This document shows, piece after piece, positions 8,651 through 18,600 of a stretch of DNA of 64,000 nt. This DNA comes from a bacterium (GTDB lineage Bacteria; Myxococcota; UBA727; JAUIJE01): positions 193,294 to 257,293 of the forward strand of contig JAUIJE010000002.1 of assembly GCA_030431455.1 (NCBI GenBank), in the 5' to 3' direction. Made by a program: the position numbers and the translations under genes. Numbering within the stretch: position 1 is the stretch's first letter; each line of letters begins with the position of its first letter. Under the pieces are notes generated by a model. The model did no database searches and had not been told where the DNA came from. It saw only the letters and a program-made list of their open reading frames with translations.

Positions 8651-10036
8651 ATGAGTGGGCTCGCCGACTACGCCATCCAACGCCGCCTGGGCCAGGGCGG
8701 CATGGCGGAGATTTTTCTCGCCCACAAGCGCGGCATGCAAGGGTTTCAAAAGCCGGTGGTGCTCAAGCGCATCCTCCCGCACCTCGCCGAGGACCCGGCC
8801 TGGGTCGAGATGTTCCTCGACGAAGCCCGCATCGCCGCCGGCCTCAACCACCCCCACATCCCACAGATCTTCGAGCTCGGCGCCGAGCGCGGCGAGTACT
8901 TCATCGTGATGGAGTACATCGAGGGGCACGACCTCGACACCATCCTCGCGCGCCACGAGACGCGGGGCACCTGGCCCACCATCGGCCAGGCCCTCACCGT
9001 GGTGCTCGGGGTGGCCGAGGCCCTCGAGTACGCCCACGGCCGGCGGGGCCCCGACGGCAAGCGCATCGGCTTGGTGCACCGGGACGTCAGCCCGCACAAC
9101 ATCATGATCAGCGTCGAAGGCGCGGTGAAGCTCATCGATTTCGGCATCGCCAAATCGAAGCAGAAGGTGGTGCAGACCGACGAGGGGTCGTTCAAGGGGA
9201 AGATGGAGTACGCCGCCCCCGAACAGGTGGAGGGCGAGGAGGTCGACCGACGCGCGGACCTGTGGTCGCTGGGCGCGGTCTTGTTCGAGCTGCTGTACCA
9301 GCGCGCTGCCTATCCACAAAAAGGCATCGTGCCGCGCATGACCGCGATGAAGTCCGGGACCTGGCGCGACGAGATCCCCCCCGAGGCCCTGGCCCAGACC
9401 GCGCCCGCCCTGATGAGCGTGCTGGAGCATTGTCTCGCCCCCCGGCGCGAAGACCGCTACCCCCGCGCCCGGGACGTGATCAAGGCCCTGCACCGTCACC
9501 TCGACGACATCCGCGCCCGGGTGCCCGCGATCGAGCTCGGCCGGGCGGTGCGTGAGCTGTTCGTCGACGGCACCGAGGCCCACGTGGCCCCCGAGAGCTA
9601 CGCGACCATGAGCGCCCAAGGCGAACCCGTGGCCGGCTCGTACTCGACGATGGGCCATCCCGTGCGCGCGCCGTTCGAGGATGCGCTGGGCACCCAAAAG
9701 CTGCGCCCGCCGGGCCGGACCCAAGTGGACGCGGACCCCATTCACTCGATGGCCACCGAGCTCGCCGAGGACGAGAGCGACCTCACCACCGGGCCGAGCC
9801 GGGGCGCGATCCCCGCCCTCTATGGCTTGCACAGTTTTCCCGACGAACAGACCGACCCGCGCAACCTGACGCCCTGGGATGAGCAGACCGGCTTTTTGCC
9901 CGAACCCAATCCGGTTGCAGACGCGGACGCGATGCGCACGCGGGCCCTTCCCGTCCGCCCCCGCCGTGCCCCACCCCAACCGGAAAAAGAGGCGGACCAC
10001 GACGGGGACGAAGGAAAAGACCCCAAAAGCGAATAG
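8651..10036 (+). CDS. Hanks-type serine/threonine protein kinase
   Basis: It has the kinase motifs GQGGMAEIF, VLK, HRDVSPHN and DFGIAK, an APE motif, and a disordered acidic C-terminal tail. Confidence 0.9.
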   Translation: MSGLADYAIQRRLGQGGMAEIFLAHKRGMQGFQKPVVLKRILPHLAEDPAWVEMFLDEARIAAGLNHPHIPQIFELGAERGEYFIVMEYIEGHDLDTILARHETRGTWPTIGQALTVVLGVAEALEYAHGRRGPDGKRIGLVHRDVSPHNIMISVEGAVKLIDFGIAKSKQKVVQTDEGSFKGKMEYAAPEQVEGEEVDRRADLWSLGAVLFELLYQRAAYPQKGIVPRMTAMKSGTWRDEIPPEALAQTAPALMSVLEHCLAPRREDRYPRARDVIKALHRHLDDIRARVPAIELGRAVRELFVDGTEAHVAPESYATMSAQGEPVAGSYSTMGHPVRAPFEDALGTQKLRPPGRTQVDADPIHSMATELAEDESDLTTGPSRGAIPALYGLHSFPDEQTDPRNLTPWDEQTGFLPEPNPVADADAMRTRALPVRPRRAPPQPEKEADHDGDEGKDPKSE

Positions 10037-10067
10037 CGTCAGACGGTCGGCTCAGACATGCCCTTCG

Positions 10068-10481
10068 TCACCGGGCGCCGGACGACGCGCTTTCAGGATT
10101 GTCCACATTGTTCACGGGTGGCTGGGGACGCGGCCGCCGCGCGGCCATGGTGCCCGCCCCGGCGAGGCCGGCGAGAACTTGTCCCATGAGATCGTCGGGC
10201 ACCGTGCTCCGGAGGTCCCGCTCCGGGGCCCCCGCCTGCGCGCGCATGCTCGTGTGGCGCGGGTCGCGGGCCCCGGTGATGTCCCGCGCACGTTGGGCCG
10301 CGGCCCGGTCGACGCCGTTTTTGTCAAACCCGTCGACAAACTCCATGCCCCGGTTGGTTCCCGTGCCCACCGCGCCGAGCGGTTCTTTGGGGCCGGTGGG
10401 GGCTTCGGGCTTGCGGCCTTGGTGGCGGCGGTTGAGCCCGGGGTGGTGGCGAAGGGCGGCGGCGGATGTCTTGGCGTGCAT
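10068..10481 (-). CDS. Hypothetical basic, disordered protein
   Basis: It is a 137-aa ORF in the same orientation as the upstream trigger-factor-like gene and 76 bp downstream of it. The RBS is weak and the start codon is uncertain. Confidence 0.35.
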   Translation of the reverse strand: MHAKTSAAALRHHPGLNRRHQGRKPEAPTGPKEPLGAVGTGTNRGMEFVDGFDKNGVDRAAAQRARDITGARDPRHTSMRAQAGAPERDLRSTVPDDLMGQVLAGLAGAGTMAARRPRPQPPVNNVDNPESASSGAR

Positions 10482-10557
10482 GGGAAAACCTGTGTGTGCG
10501 GGGTGGTGTGTGCTGCGGCGTGTGTGGCGCCGTTTTCGATATTGTGAACAGCGGTGG

Positions 10558-11670
10558 CTAGACGAACTGCACCGCGACGCGTTCGAGCACGGCTTCGAGC
10601 GCACGCTGCCGGGTGGCGGCGGTGAGCAGCGTCCTCTTTTGGCTCTCGAGGTGCTGCAGGGCCTGGTCTTGCGCGGTGGGGGCGAGGTCGGTGACCGCCA
10701 ACGCCTTGCGCAGGTTGTCGAACATGTCGTGGGTGGTGACCTGGAGGGACAAGCTCCCCGCCACCGCGTCGAGGAACCGACCGCAGAACGCGCGGTAGGT
10801 GGCCTCTTGCCGCATGTGGGGGTCGGCGAAGAACTGGTCGCGCAGGCGGGCGATCTGGTCGTCGGGCGCGCCGGCGCAGACCCATTCCGCGGCGTGCGCT
10901 TGCCACATATCGCGTAGGCTCTCGCGCACCGCGGTCTCGGGCACGGGGATGACCCGGCGCTGCTGCAACTTGCGCAGGACCTTCTCCTCGGCCTCGCGGA
11001 CCATGGCTTGGCCCATGCCGAGCTTGAGCTCTTCGGCGATGGCGGCGTCGACCTCGTCCGCGGTGTGGCCGTAGCCGAGCGCGGCGAACAGCCCCGCGGG
11101 GTCGCGGGCGATGACTTCCTTGGCCGCGTGCACGCAGACCACGAACACCGCGGTCTTGCCCGCCAGGCGCAGCGAGGGGTGAGAGGTGCCGAAGGTCACG
11201 GGCACGGACAGCTGCTGGCCGATCTTGCTGCCGGCGATGCCTTCGAACAGGCCGGGGAGCTCTTCGTGGGGCGTGGCCGTGAGCCACACGCCCCGGCGGG
11301 CGGAGACGAGCTCGCCGGATTCGTAGCCCACGCAGTCGACGAGGATTTCGTCACCCAACGCCACGGTCTCTTCTTCGGTGCGGGTGCGGGTCTCCGCGTA
11401 GGCGCTGAGCAGCTCGCGCTTTCTGCGTTCGACCTCGGCGGGCCCGATGGCTCCCCGGGCCCGGACCCGCACAGCGACATTGTCGAGCAGGCGGAGGTCG
11501 AGGGCGGGGGCAGCACCGGCGGCCGACCCTGGCGTGGCCAGGGCGAGGTCCCGGGCGCGGGGGGTCGTCGAGGTGGGCCGCGGGGTGTGGGCGGTGCGTT
11601 GCGCGATGCGGCGGGGACGGGGGGCGCCGGCTTTTTTCGACGCGCGGGGGGTGGTGGTGCGGATGCCCAT
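10558..11670 (-). CDS. Trigger-factor-like protein with an FKBP-type PPIase domain and the trigger factor C-terminal domain. It lacks the ribosome-binding N-domain.
   Basis: The segment GDEILVDCVGYESGELV...LPGLFEGIAGSKIGQQLSVPVTF matches the trigger factor PPIase domain. The N-terminus is a basic Pro/Arg-rich segment instead. Confidence 0.7.
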   Translation of the reverse strand: MGIRTTTPRASKKAGAPRPRRIAQRTAHTPRPTSTTPRARDLALATPGSAAGAAPALDLRLLDNVAVRVRARGAIGPAEVERRKRELLSAYAETRTRTEEETVALGDEILVDCVGYESGELVSARRGVWLTATPHEELPGLFEGIAGSKIGQQLSVPVTFGTSHPSLRLAGKTAVFVVCVHAAKEVIARDPAGLFAALGYGHTADEVDAAIAEELKLGMGQAMVREAEEKVLRKLQQRRVIPVPETAVRESLRDMWQAHAAEWVCAGAPDDQIARLRDQFFADPHMRQEATYRAFCGRFLDAVAGSLSLQVTTHDMFDNLRKALAVTDLAPTAQDQALQHLESQKRTLLTAATRQRALEAVLERVAVQFV

Positions 11671-11759
11671 GGCGGACCTCGATGAACGTGTGGACGGGAA
11701 CAGGAGAACGAGCACAGAGGAAAGGGGCGCGCCGCCGGTCCGGCGCGCCCTTTCGCCGG

Positions 11760-12572
11760 CTACTTGATGTTGCGGATGGCGCCCATCGCGCTTTGGTGCA
11801 TGGTCGAGAGCACGTTGGAGAGGGTCTGCATCATCTGGGAGATTTTGTTCATCTCCTGTTTGATCTTCTCGAACTGAAGTTGGCGGCTGTCGGGACCTTC
11901 GCCCCCGGCGGTGGACCCGGTGCCGCCCGCGGCTTGGCCGGTGGTGCCGCCGGTCGACCCAGTGCCATTGCCCCCGGTGGTCGCGCCGGTGCTGCCGCTG
12001 CCGTTGGCGGGCCCGCTCTCCATCTGACGAATGCTCTGCTCGACCTCTTGTTCCATGTTGCTGATCATCTTCATCATGAACGCGGCGAGGATGTCTTCGA
12101 AGAACATGCCGCCCCCCGACTTGCCGCCGAGCAACGAGGGCAGCGAGCCCGCGCCGAACTGACCGGGGTTGGCGCTGCGCATCTGACCGGTCATCGGGCG
12201 CGCCACGTCGAGGGGATCATTGCCGAGCGAACGGTCCGCGCTCGACGACGCCAAGGGCGACATCGGCGCGCTTTGCATCTCGCCGTTCGGAGGTTGCGGT
12301 TTGTTGGCTTGGACCTCGGACAACGCCTGGGCCACCGCGTTCATGGCTTTGGCTTTGGCCCCTTCGATCATGGCTTTGACCGAGTCGCTGGCGCCGCCTT
12401 GGATGTCTTCGAGCTTCTCGATCTTTTGGAAGACGTCTTTGAGCTCTTTGGTGAGGCTCTGCATCACCGACTGGGCTTTGCCGATGTCTTTGGCGTCGGC
12501 CTTGATGTCCTGCAGCGCGTTCTTGAAGAGGTCGAAGTTGAAGTTCTGGGCGGCGGGGCTGGAAACGTTCAT
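11760..12572 (-). CDS. Hypothetical protein rich in Gln, Met, Lys and Gly, with coiled-coil character
   Basis: 270 aa with clearly lower GC and Lys-rich codon use than its neighbours. The amino-acid composition is diverse, unlike the antisense artefact ORF at 11682..12680. Confidence 0.7.
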   Translation of the reverse strand: MNVSSPAAQNFNFDLFKNALQDIKADAKDIGKAQSVMQSLTKELKDVFQKIEKLEDIQGGASDSVKAMIEGAKAKAMNAVAQALSEVQANKPQPPNGEMQSAPMSPLASSSADRSLGNDPLDVARPMTGQMRSANPGQFGAGSLPSLLGGKSGGGMFFEDILAAFMMKMISNMEQEVEQSIRQMESGPANGSGSTGATTGGNGTGSTGGTTGQAAGGTGSTAGGEGPDSRQLQFEKIKQEMNKISQMMQTLSNVLSTMHQSAMGAIRNIK

Positions 12573-12732
12573 CGGAGACTCCGTGTGTGGTGTGAATGTG
12601 TCTGCATGGTGGGCAGTCGCATTCGGTGTTCGCAGTTCTATGAAGCGAGCGGCGTGCCAACCCTGGCGATCGCGCCGTGATGCGCGGTCTGCGCGACCGG
12701 CGCGGACCGGAGTGCGGACCTGGGATCAAAAC

Positions 12733-12785
12733 GCGGACCGGAGGTCCGCACCGCTGTCCGCGCAGGTTGCGGACCCCGGGTCCGC
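12733..12785. promoter_or_regulatory. Two 17-bp inverted repeats GCGGACC-N3-GGTCCGC, forming a candidate enhancer/UAS cluster
   Basis: Perfect palindromes lie at 12733..12749 and 12769..12785. Extra GCGGACC half-sites lie at 12702 and 12714. The centres are 59 and 95 bp upstream of the sigma54 -24 element. Confidence 0.45.
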
Positions 12786-12834
12786 AGGCGGCCGCGCCCC
12801 ATCGTAAGTAGTTGTTTTTATTCAACAAAGCTCC

Positions 12835-12850
12835 TGGCACGAGCCCTGCG
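12835..12850 (+). promoter_or_regulatory. Sigma54 (RpoN) promoter
   Basis: The sequence is TGGCACGAGCCCTGCG, with GG at 12836..12837 and GC at 12848..12849 at the canonical spacing. It is followed by a 23-codon mini-ORF (12888..12959) and then the lipoprotein gene at 12987. Confidence 0.55.
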
Positions 12851-12986
12851 TAAGAAAGGTGCGTCACCACACCGAAAGGCCCCGGCCATGACCACCCAGA
12901 CCCGCACCCGCCGTCAAAAGCCCAAGACCACCGCCGCCTATCTCCCGGTCGTGTTCTGAACCGTCGCGCCCGGAAAGGATCCCCCG

Positions 12987-13823
12987 ATGCCCCGGTCTTT
13001 CTCTCGTTCATTGTTGTCCGCGTTCGTGCCCACGGCTTGTGCATGGGCATTGTCCGCTTGTCCCGTGGCCGGCGACGCCTGCCTCGCAGACGAGAACTGT
13101 CCTTTCGACCAAGTGTGCGTCGACGCCATCTGTGAATGGCCGATGCCGGGACAAGGCCTCGGAGGCCCCGGGGATAAGCCCCCGGTCCGCCGCGACGACG
13201 CGGGCGTGGTTCTCGCCGACGCCGGGTTCGACGGCACCGAGGACGCTGGTCGACCCGCGGACGCAGGGCCCGGCGCGCCCGACGCCCACGTCGCGACCGC
13301 CGACGCGGGGGCGCACACCCTCGACGCGGCCGAGCCCGAGGCCGACGACGCGGGGGCGCCCGATGCGGCCGGGAACGGACTGGACGCCGGCGCGCCCGAT
13401 GCCGTCGTCGTCGAGCCCGAGCCAGAACCAGAGCCAGACCCGGTCCCGGTGTGCGGCGACGTGTGGGAGCCGCCCCCCGCGAACTGTCCCGCGGCGTGCA
13501 CCGGCGGCTGCGCGGACGGGGTCTGCCACGTGGACTGCAGCGGAACCGGCTTGCTGTTCGGCTGCGTCAACGCCGACATCACCTGTCCCGAGGGCATGCC
13601 CTGCGACGTGCAATGCACCGGCTGGGGCGCGTGCAAGAACGTGCACGTCGATTGCGCCGACAGCGCCCCCTGTTCGATCACCTGCGCGGGCCAGTCCTCC
13701 CAATGTGACGACGCCAGGTTCCACTGTGGGGACAACCAATGTCACATCCAAGCCGAGCCCACGCTGTTCGGCCAGGAAGTTGACTGCAACGACTCTTGCG
13801 ACTGCCAGTACGAGGAGCTGTGA
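12987..13823 (+). CDS. Cys-rich secreted lipoprotein
   Basis: It has a signal peptide with a lipobox (LSAC), a Pro/Glu/Ala-rich linker (PEPEPEPDP) and a Cys-rich C-terminal domain. The RBS AAAGGA precedes the start. Confidence 0.75.
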   Translation: MPRSFSRSLLSAFVPTACAWALSACPVAGDACLADENCPFDQVCVDAICEWPMPGQGLGGPGDKPPVRRDDAGVVLADAGFDGTEDAGRPADAGPGAPDAHVATADAGAHTLDAAEPEADDAGAPDAAGNGLDAGAPDAVVVEPEPEPEPDPVPVCGDVWEPPPANCPAACTGGCADGVCHVDCSGTGLLFGCVNADITCPEGMPCDVQCTGWGACKNVHVDCADSAPCSITCAGQSSQCDDARFHCGDNQCHIQAEPTLFGQEVDCNDSCDCQYEEL

Positions 13824-14905
13824 TGCGACACGCCATCGACCGCGCGTGGTCCTATTTGGTGGGCCACCATTTCGACCAGGCCGAGGGCCTGCTCCACAAA
13901 CAGAACGAGCGCGATCCGCTCACCCAATGTCTCTTGGCCCGCCTCGAGATCGCCCGGCGCCAGACGCCGTCCGCCCTCGAGACCCTCAAGATGCTCACCC
14001 AGTCCAACCCGGACAACGTCGAGGTGCACGTCCATCTCGCCGCGGGCTTGTTCGCCATGGGCCACCGCAAGGCCGCCACCGAACAAGCCGAGCACGCCCT
14101 GCACCACGGCGCCCGCCACGCCGACCTCGAGGTCGTGCTCGGGGCCGACGCGCTCCGGCTCGGCGACGTCGACGAGGCCCTGGCCTGCTACGACGCCGCC
14201 CTCGGGCAATGCCCCACCTATGTCGCGGCCTGGCTCGGCAAAGCCCGCGCCCTCACGCACACCGGCGCGGTGGGCGACGCCGAAGCCGCGTACTTCCGCG
14301 TGGTCGAGCTCGCCCCCCAGGACCCCACCGCCTGGCGCGAGCTCATCCGCCTCGAGCTCAACTACGGCGCGCACGACGCCGCGCGCCAGAACTTCGAGGC
14401 CGCGCGCGGCTTTTTGCGCCGTCCAGAGGTGCTCGACGAGTTCGCACCCCATTTCGTGGCCGACGACGAGCCCGCCGAAGACGCATTTTGGGAAGAGCTG
14501 AACGATCTCTTGTCCAGCGCCGAGAAGAGACCCGCCGCGGTCATCGAGCAGGTCTTCGCCCAGCTCTCCACCAAATGGCGCGACGACGAGCGCTTCGCCG
14601 CGGTCCGCGCCGCCACCGCGCTCTTGTTGTCACAACCCGCGCAGATGACGCGTTCGATCCACGCCTTGACCCAGCTGGTCAAAGACAAGCAACACCGCCG
14701 CTGGCAAACGCTCTGGCTGCTCGGGGCCTTGCAGCTCTCGGACACCCCGCTGTTCCACCCGCACCTGGCCGTGACCTACCTCGAGGAGGCGGTGAAGATG
14801 GCGTACGACAACCGGCTGGTGGTCGAGACCCTGCAGGACGGCTATCGCCGCGCCGGCCGCGAGCGACTGGCCGAGGCGTTGACCGAGCGGGTGCGCGCGT
14901 TGTGA
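13823..14905 (+). CDS. TPR-repeat protein
   Basis: It is overlap-coupled to the upstream gene by an ATGA stop/start and contains several TPR-like helical repeats. Confidence 0.8.
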   Translation: MRHAIDRAWSYLVGHHFDQAEGLLHKQNERDPLTQCLLARLEIARRQTPSALETLKMLTQSNPDNVEVHVHLAAGLFAMGHRKAATEQAEHALHHGARHADLEVVLGADALRLGDVDEALACYDAALGQCPTYVAAWLGKARALTHTGAVGDAEAAYFRVVELAPQDPTAWRELIRLELNYGAHDAARQNFEAARGFLRRPEVLDEFAPHFVADDEPAEDAFWEELNDLLSSAEKRPAAVIEQVFAQLSTKWRDDERFAAVRAATALLLSQPAQMTRSIHALTQLVKDKQHRRWQTLWLLGALQLSDTPLFHPHLAVTYLEEAVKMAYDNRLVVETLQDGYRRAGRERLAEALTERVRAL

Positions 14906-15059
14906 TGTGGGTGGTCGTCGTTGAGGGCTCGCGGTTCGAGCTCGATGTGCTCGATGAGGTGCCCACGCTGCTCCCCGTGCGCCGGCCGCGCGAGGAGGAG
15001 GACAGGGGGAAGATGACGAAGTGGATGAGGATGAGGTGGATGGGGAATAGCGGCGGGTG

Positions 15060-15680
15060 TGGGCGGGGACGATAACGAACGCTCGCGTCGGTGAGGTTCG
15101 CGAAGGTTTGCCGCGTCGACGTTGGGCTTGCGTGCTCGTGTGCGGCGGCGCTGACGCTCGGTTGCGGTGGTGTTGCTCGTGCGGTTTTGTGTGCGAGGGA
15201 TGCGACGACGAGGGCGCGCGACGGGTGAGGTGCGAAGGCTCGCTGCCGGGTCTTGGCACGAGGGGGACTCGGTTTGCTCTTCGCGCGCTTCGCGTGCGAA
15301 GAAGCGATCGTGGGCGTTGTGACGGGTGAGTCGACGAGGTTCGCTGCGGGTTTATTGGATCGAGTTGGGGTCGCGTCCCTCGTGCGCTTTTGCGCGCGAG
15401 GAGATGAAGCTAGGCGACGAGGTTCGCTGCGGCTTCGATTGTCGAGATCGGGACCGCATCTCTCGCGCGCTTTTGCGCGCGAGAGATGCGGTCGACGGGG
15501 TTCGCTGCGGATTCGATGTGTCGAGATGGGGCGTCAACCTCGCGCGCATTTGCGCGCGAGGAGATGAAGCTAGGCGGCGAGGTTGGCTGCGGTTTCGATA
15601 GGGCGAGCTCGGGACCGAAACCCTCGCGCGCTTTTGCGCGCGAGGAAAAACGCCACCCGCGCATCGCGCGGGTGACATTT
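15060..15680. repeat. Tandem array of ~85-bp units, each containing a strong GC hairpin with a TTTT loop
   Basis: At least five copies of CTCGCGCGC-TTTT-GCGCGCGAG are present, including a 15-bp perfect stem at 15456..15489. The spacers share the motif GAGGTTCGCTGCGGNTTCGAT. The array sits between convergent genes. Confidence 0.7.
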
Positions 15681-15684
15681 GTGG

Positions 15685-18600
15685 CTAGTCAGCGCCCCAG
15701 CAGGCGACCTCGCCGTTGAATCTGAGTCCGCATGTGTGATGGGCGCCGGCCGCGACGTCCTTGAACGGACCCGGCGGAGAGTCGTTTTCGCCGTACCTCG
15801 CTTCGGCAGAGCCCCAGCATTCAATTTCGTTGTTGACTCTGAGGCCGCAGTGCCGGGATGCCCCGACCGCTCCCACGACTTTTTTGAATGCGCCAGGCGG
15901 GGAGTACGTTGAAGAGGCAGAGGCGCCCTGAAAACACTTCACTGTGTTGTTGGGCAGTGTGCCACAGACCACCAATCCCACGGTCGCTACCTTGACAAAG
16001 GGCCCTTCGGACGCGGGCACGTATGAGGGGACGTACGGCGACACCCCTCCCCAACAGACGATGGCGCCGTCAAACTCGTGCACCGCGCAACCCACGCCCG
16101 AGGCAACGCTGACATCATCGTAGATGAGGTCGGGCGGTCCCCCTCCCGAAGTCCAGCCTTTGCATTCCAACGTGCCGTCGTTTCGCAACGCGCAGGCGCC
16201 GAAATCGGAGGCAGCCAACTTCGTCACTCCGCCGGCGGCGCTGAACGGAGGGAGCGTCTTGCCCCAGCATTCGACCCCGTTTCCACGGTATCCGCAGGTG
16301 CGATTCGCGCTAATCGCCAATTGGTAGTAGCTGAGCCACGGCGCGGGACCTCCGTAGCCGGGGTCGGCCCCCCAACACCGAACGGTTCCGTCCGTTGTGA
16401 TCCCACACGTCCGGCTGCCCGCGGCTTCAATTGAGCGAAACCGGACCGGGGGCGGGCTGGACTGTCCTGCGATCACATCGTTCCAACAGACCAACCGGCC
16501 AGTTGTTCCCGGGGCACGGGCGCACGCGAGCCCTGCCCCCACTCGCGGCCCGTAGAGCCGCTCGTCGGGGACGTTCTTCTCAATGCCCGTTTTCGTACGC
16601 CCCCAACACGTGATCGACCCCTGGTCGTTCGTCGCACATCCCTTCTCTTCACGAAACGCGAAATCGATAAACGTTCCTGCTGGAGCAGACAAACTCGGCG
16701 CCGTGAACGGGCCCCAACAGGCAACGTTTCCGTCCACGGTGAGACCGCACTGGTGCTCATCACTGGTGTCTAGGCTAACGATTGTGGTGTTTGGCCACTC
16801 CCCAGCGAAGTCGGCGGCGCCTGGACCCCAACACTCCCAAAGTCCTTGGGAGAGGCCACAAACGTGGTTCGGGCCCGCGTCCAGATCCATAAACAGTGTT
16901 GTTGGTGCGTAGTCGATAACGCCCCAACAGGTCGTGGTCCCGTCGAGCGCGAGTGAGCAGGTGTACCGGTCGCCCGCTACAAGTCGGCCGTTGAGGTCAG
17001 GTGGCGGCGAGGCCTGACCCTCGTTGTCCGCTCCCCAGCAGTGGACTTCCCCGGCAACGTCGTTTCCACAGAAATGCCCCATGCCCGTCACGATTGATGT
17101 CAGGTAGATCGTGGATAGCTCTGGGAAGTACTGCACATAGGCTGATTCACCCCAATACATGCAAATTGGCTGTCCGTTGACCAGCGTGCAAACTCGCTCG
17201 CCTCTGACATCAAAGCTTGAAAATCCTTCGCACCCGTCGTTGTTTGGACAACACATGGGTCCGTTCGGCCCCTCGATACACAGACCACCATCGGTGCAAG
17301 GGTTTGGAGCGCAGCTTTCGAGTTTACAAGCAGCACTGCACCCATCGCCGTCAACAAGGTTTCCGTCGTCACATTGTTCTAGTCCCGCCTCGACGCCATC
17401 ACCGCAGTTTTCGACGACGCATGTGTCACTGCACCCGTCGCCGGAGGTGGTGTTTCCATCGTCACAGGACTCCAGAACGTTGTTTACAATCCCGTCGCCG
17501 CAGAACTCTATTTTACAGGTGGGGCCGCAACCGTCGTTTGGAAGGTCGTTTCCATCGTCACACTCCTCACCAGGGTTGCCAATCTCGTTGCCACAGAACT
17601 CGACGGTGCAGGTAGAGCTGCACCCGTCCACGGATACGGTGTTTCCGTCATCGCACTCTTCAGACACGTTGTTGGTGATGCCGTCGCCGCAGTATTCAAT
17701 CACACACGAAGCCGAGCACCCGTCTCCGTTCACGAGGTTGCCGTCATCACAACCTTCGGGTGAACTTAGAACGCCGTCGCCGCAGCCTTCGACCAAGCAC
17801 TCCGATGAACACCCATCGCCGTTGGTCGCATTTCCATCGTCGCAAACCTCTGCGCCCCCGTCGTTGAGGAGGCCATCCCCACAAACCTCCGCCTGACAAC
17901 TCGCATCGCAACCGTCACCAGAGATGGTGTTGCCATCGTCACATTCTTCTTCCGTGTTGTTCACGACCTCATCGCCGCAGAACTCAATTTTGCAGACGGC
18001 GCTGCAACCGTACCCACCCCAGAAGGAAGCATCGTCGCATTCTTCGTTGCGGTCGTTCGTGATCCCGTCGCCACAGAACTCGATTACGCAGTCTTCGGCG
18101 CAACCGTCACCAGACAGTGTGTTTCCGTCATCGCATCCTTCGCCGTTGTTCTTGACGCCATCTCCACAGAACTCAACAGCACAGTTGAAGCATCCATCTC
18201 CCGGGGCCGTGTTTCCATCATCGCAAGCCTCTCCGTTTTGGATGACCCCGTCACCACAAACGGCGGTTTCGATGCCGCAGCTGCTGCTGCAACCGTCCCC
18301 ATCCAACGCGTTCCCGTCGTCGCACGCCTCAGTTCCGCCGTTGTTCACAACACCATCGCCACAGAACTCCACAACGCAGGTTGAATCACAACCGTCCCCA
18401 GCAACAACATTGCCGTCATCACAAGCTTCGGTCCCGCCGTTGTTCACAACGCCGTCCCCGCAGTACTCCGTCACGCACAGCTCATCGCAACCATCGCCTG
18501 GGACCGCATTTCCATCATCACAGGTCTCCGTCGCGTTGTTGACTTCACCATCTCCACAGAACTCGATGACACAGATGTCACTGCAGCCGTCGTTGGCGAT

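Noticed and set aside
15253-15601. Small ORFs with repeated peptide CAFAREEMKLG
   Set aside because: They lie entirely within the hairpin tandem repeats, and the repeated peptide just reflects the DNA repeat.
15060-15680. CRISPR array
   Set aside because: The whole ~85-bp units, including the would-be spacers, are similar between copies. The conserved part is a palindromic hairpin and no cas genes are nearby.
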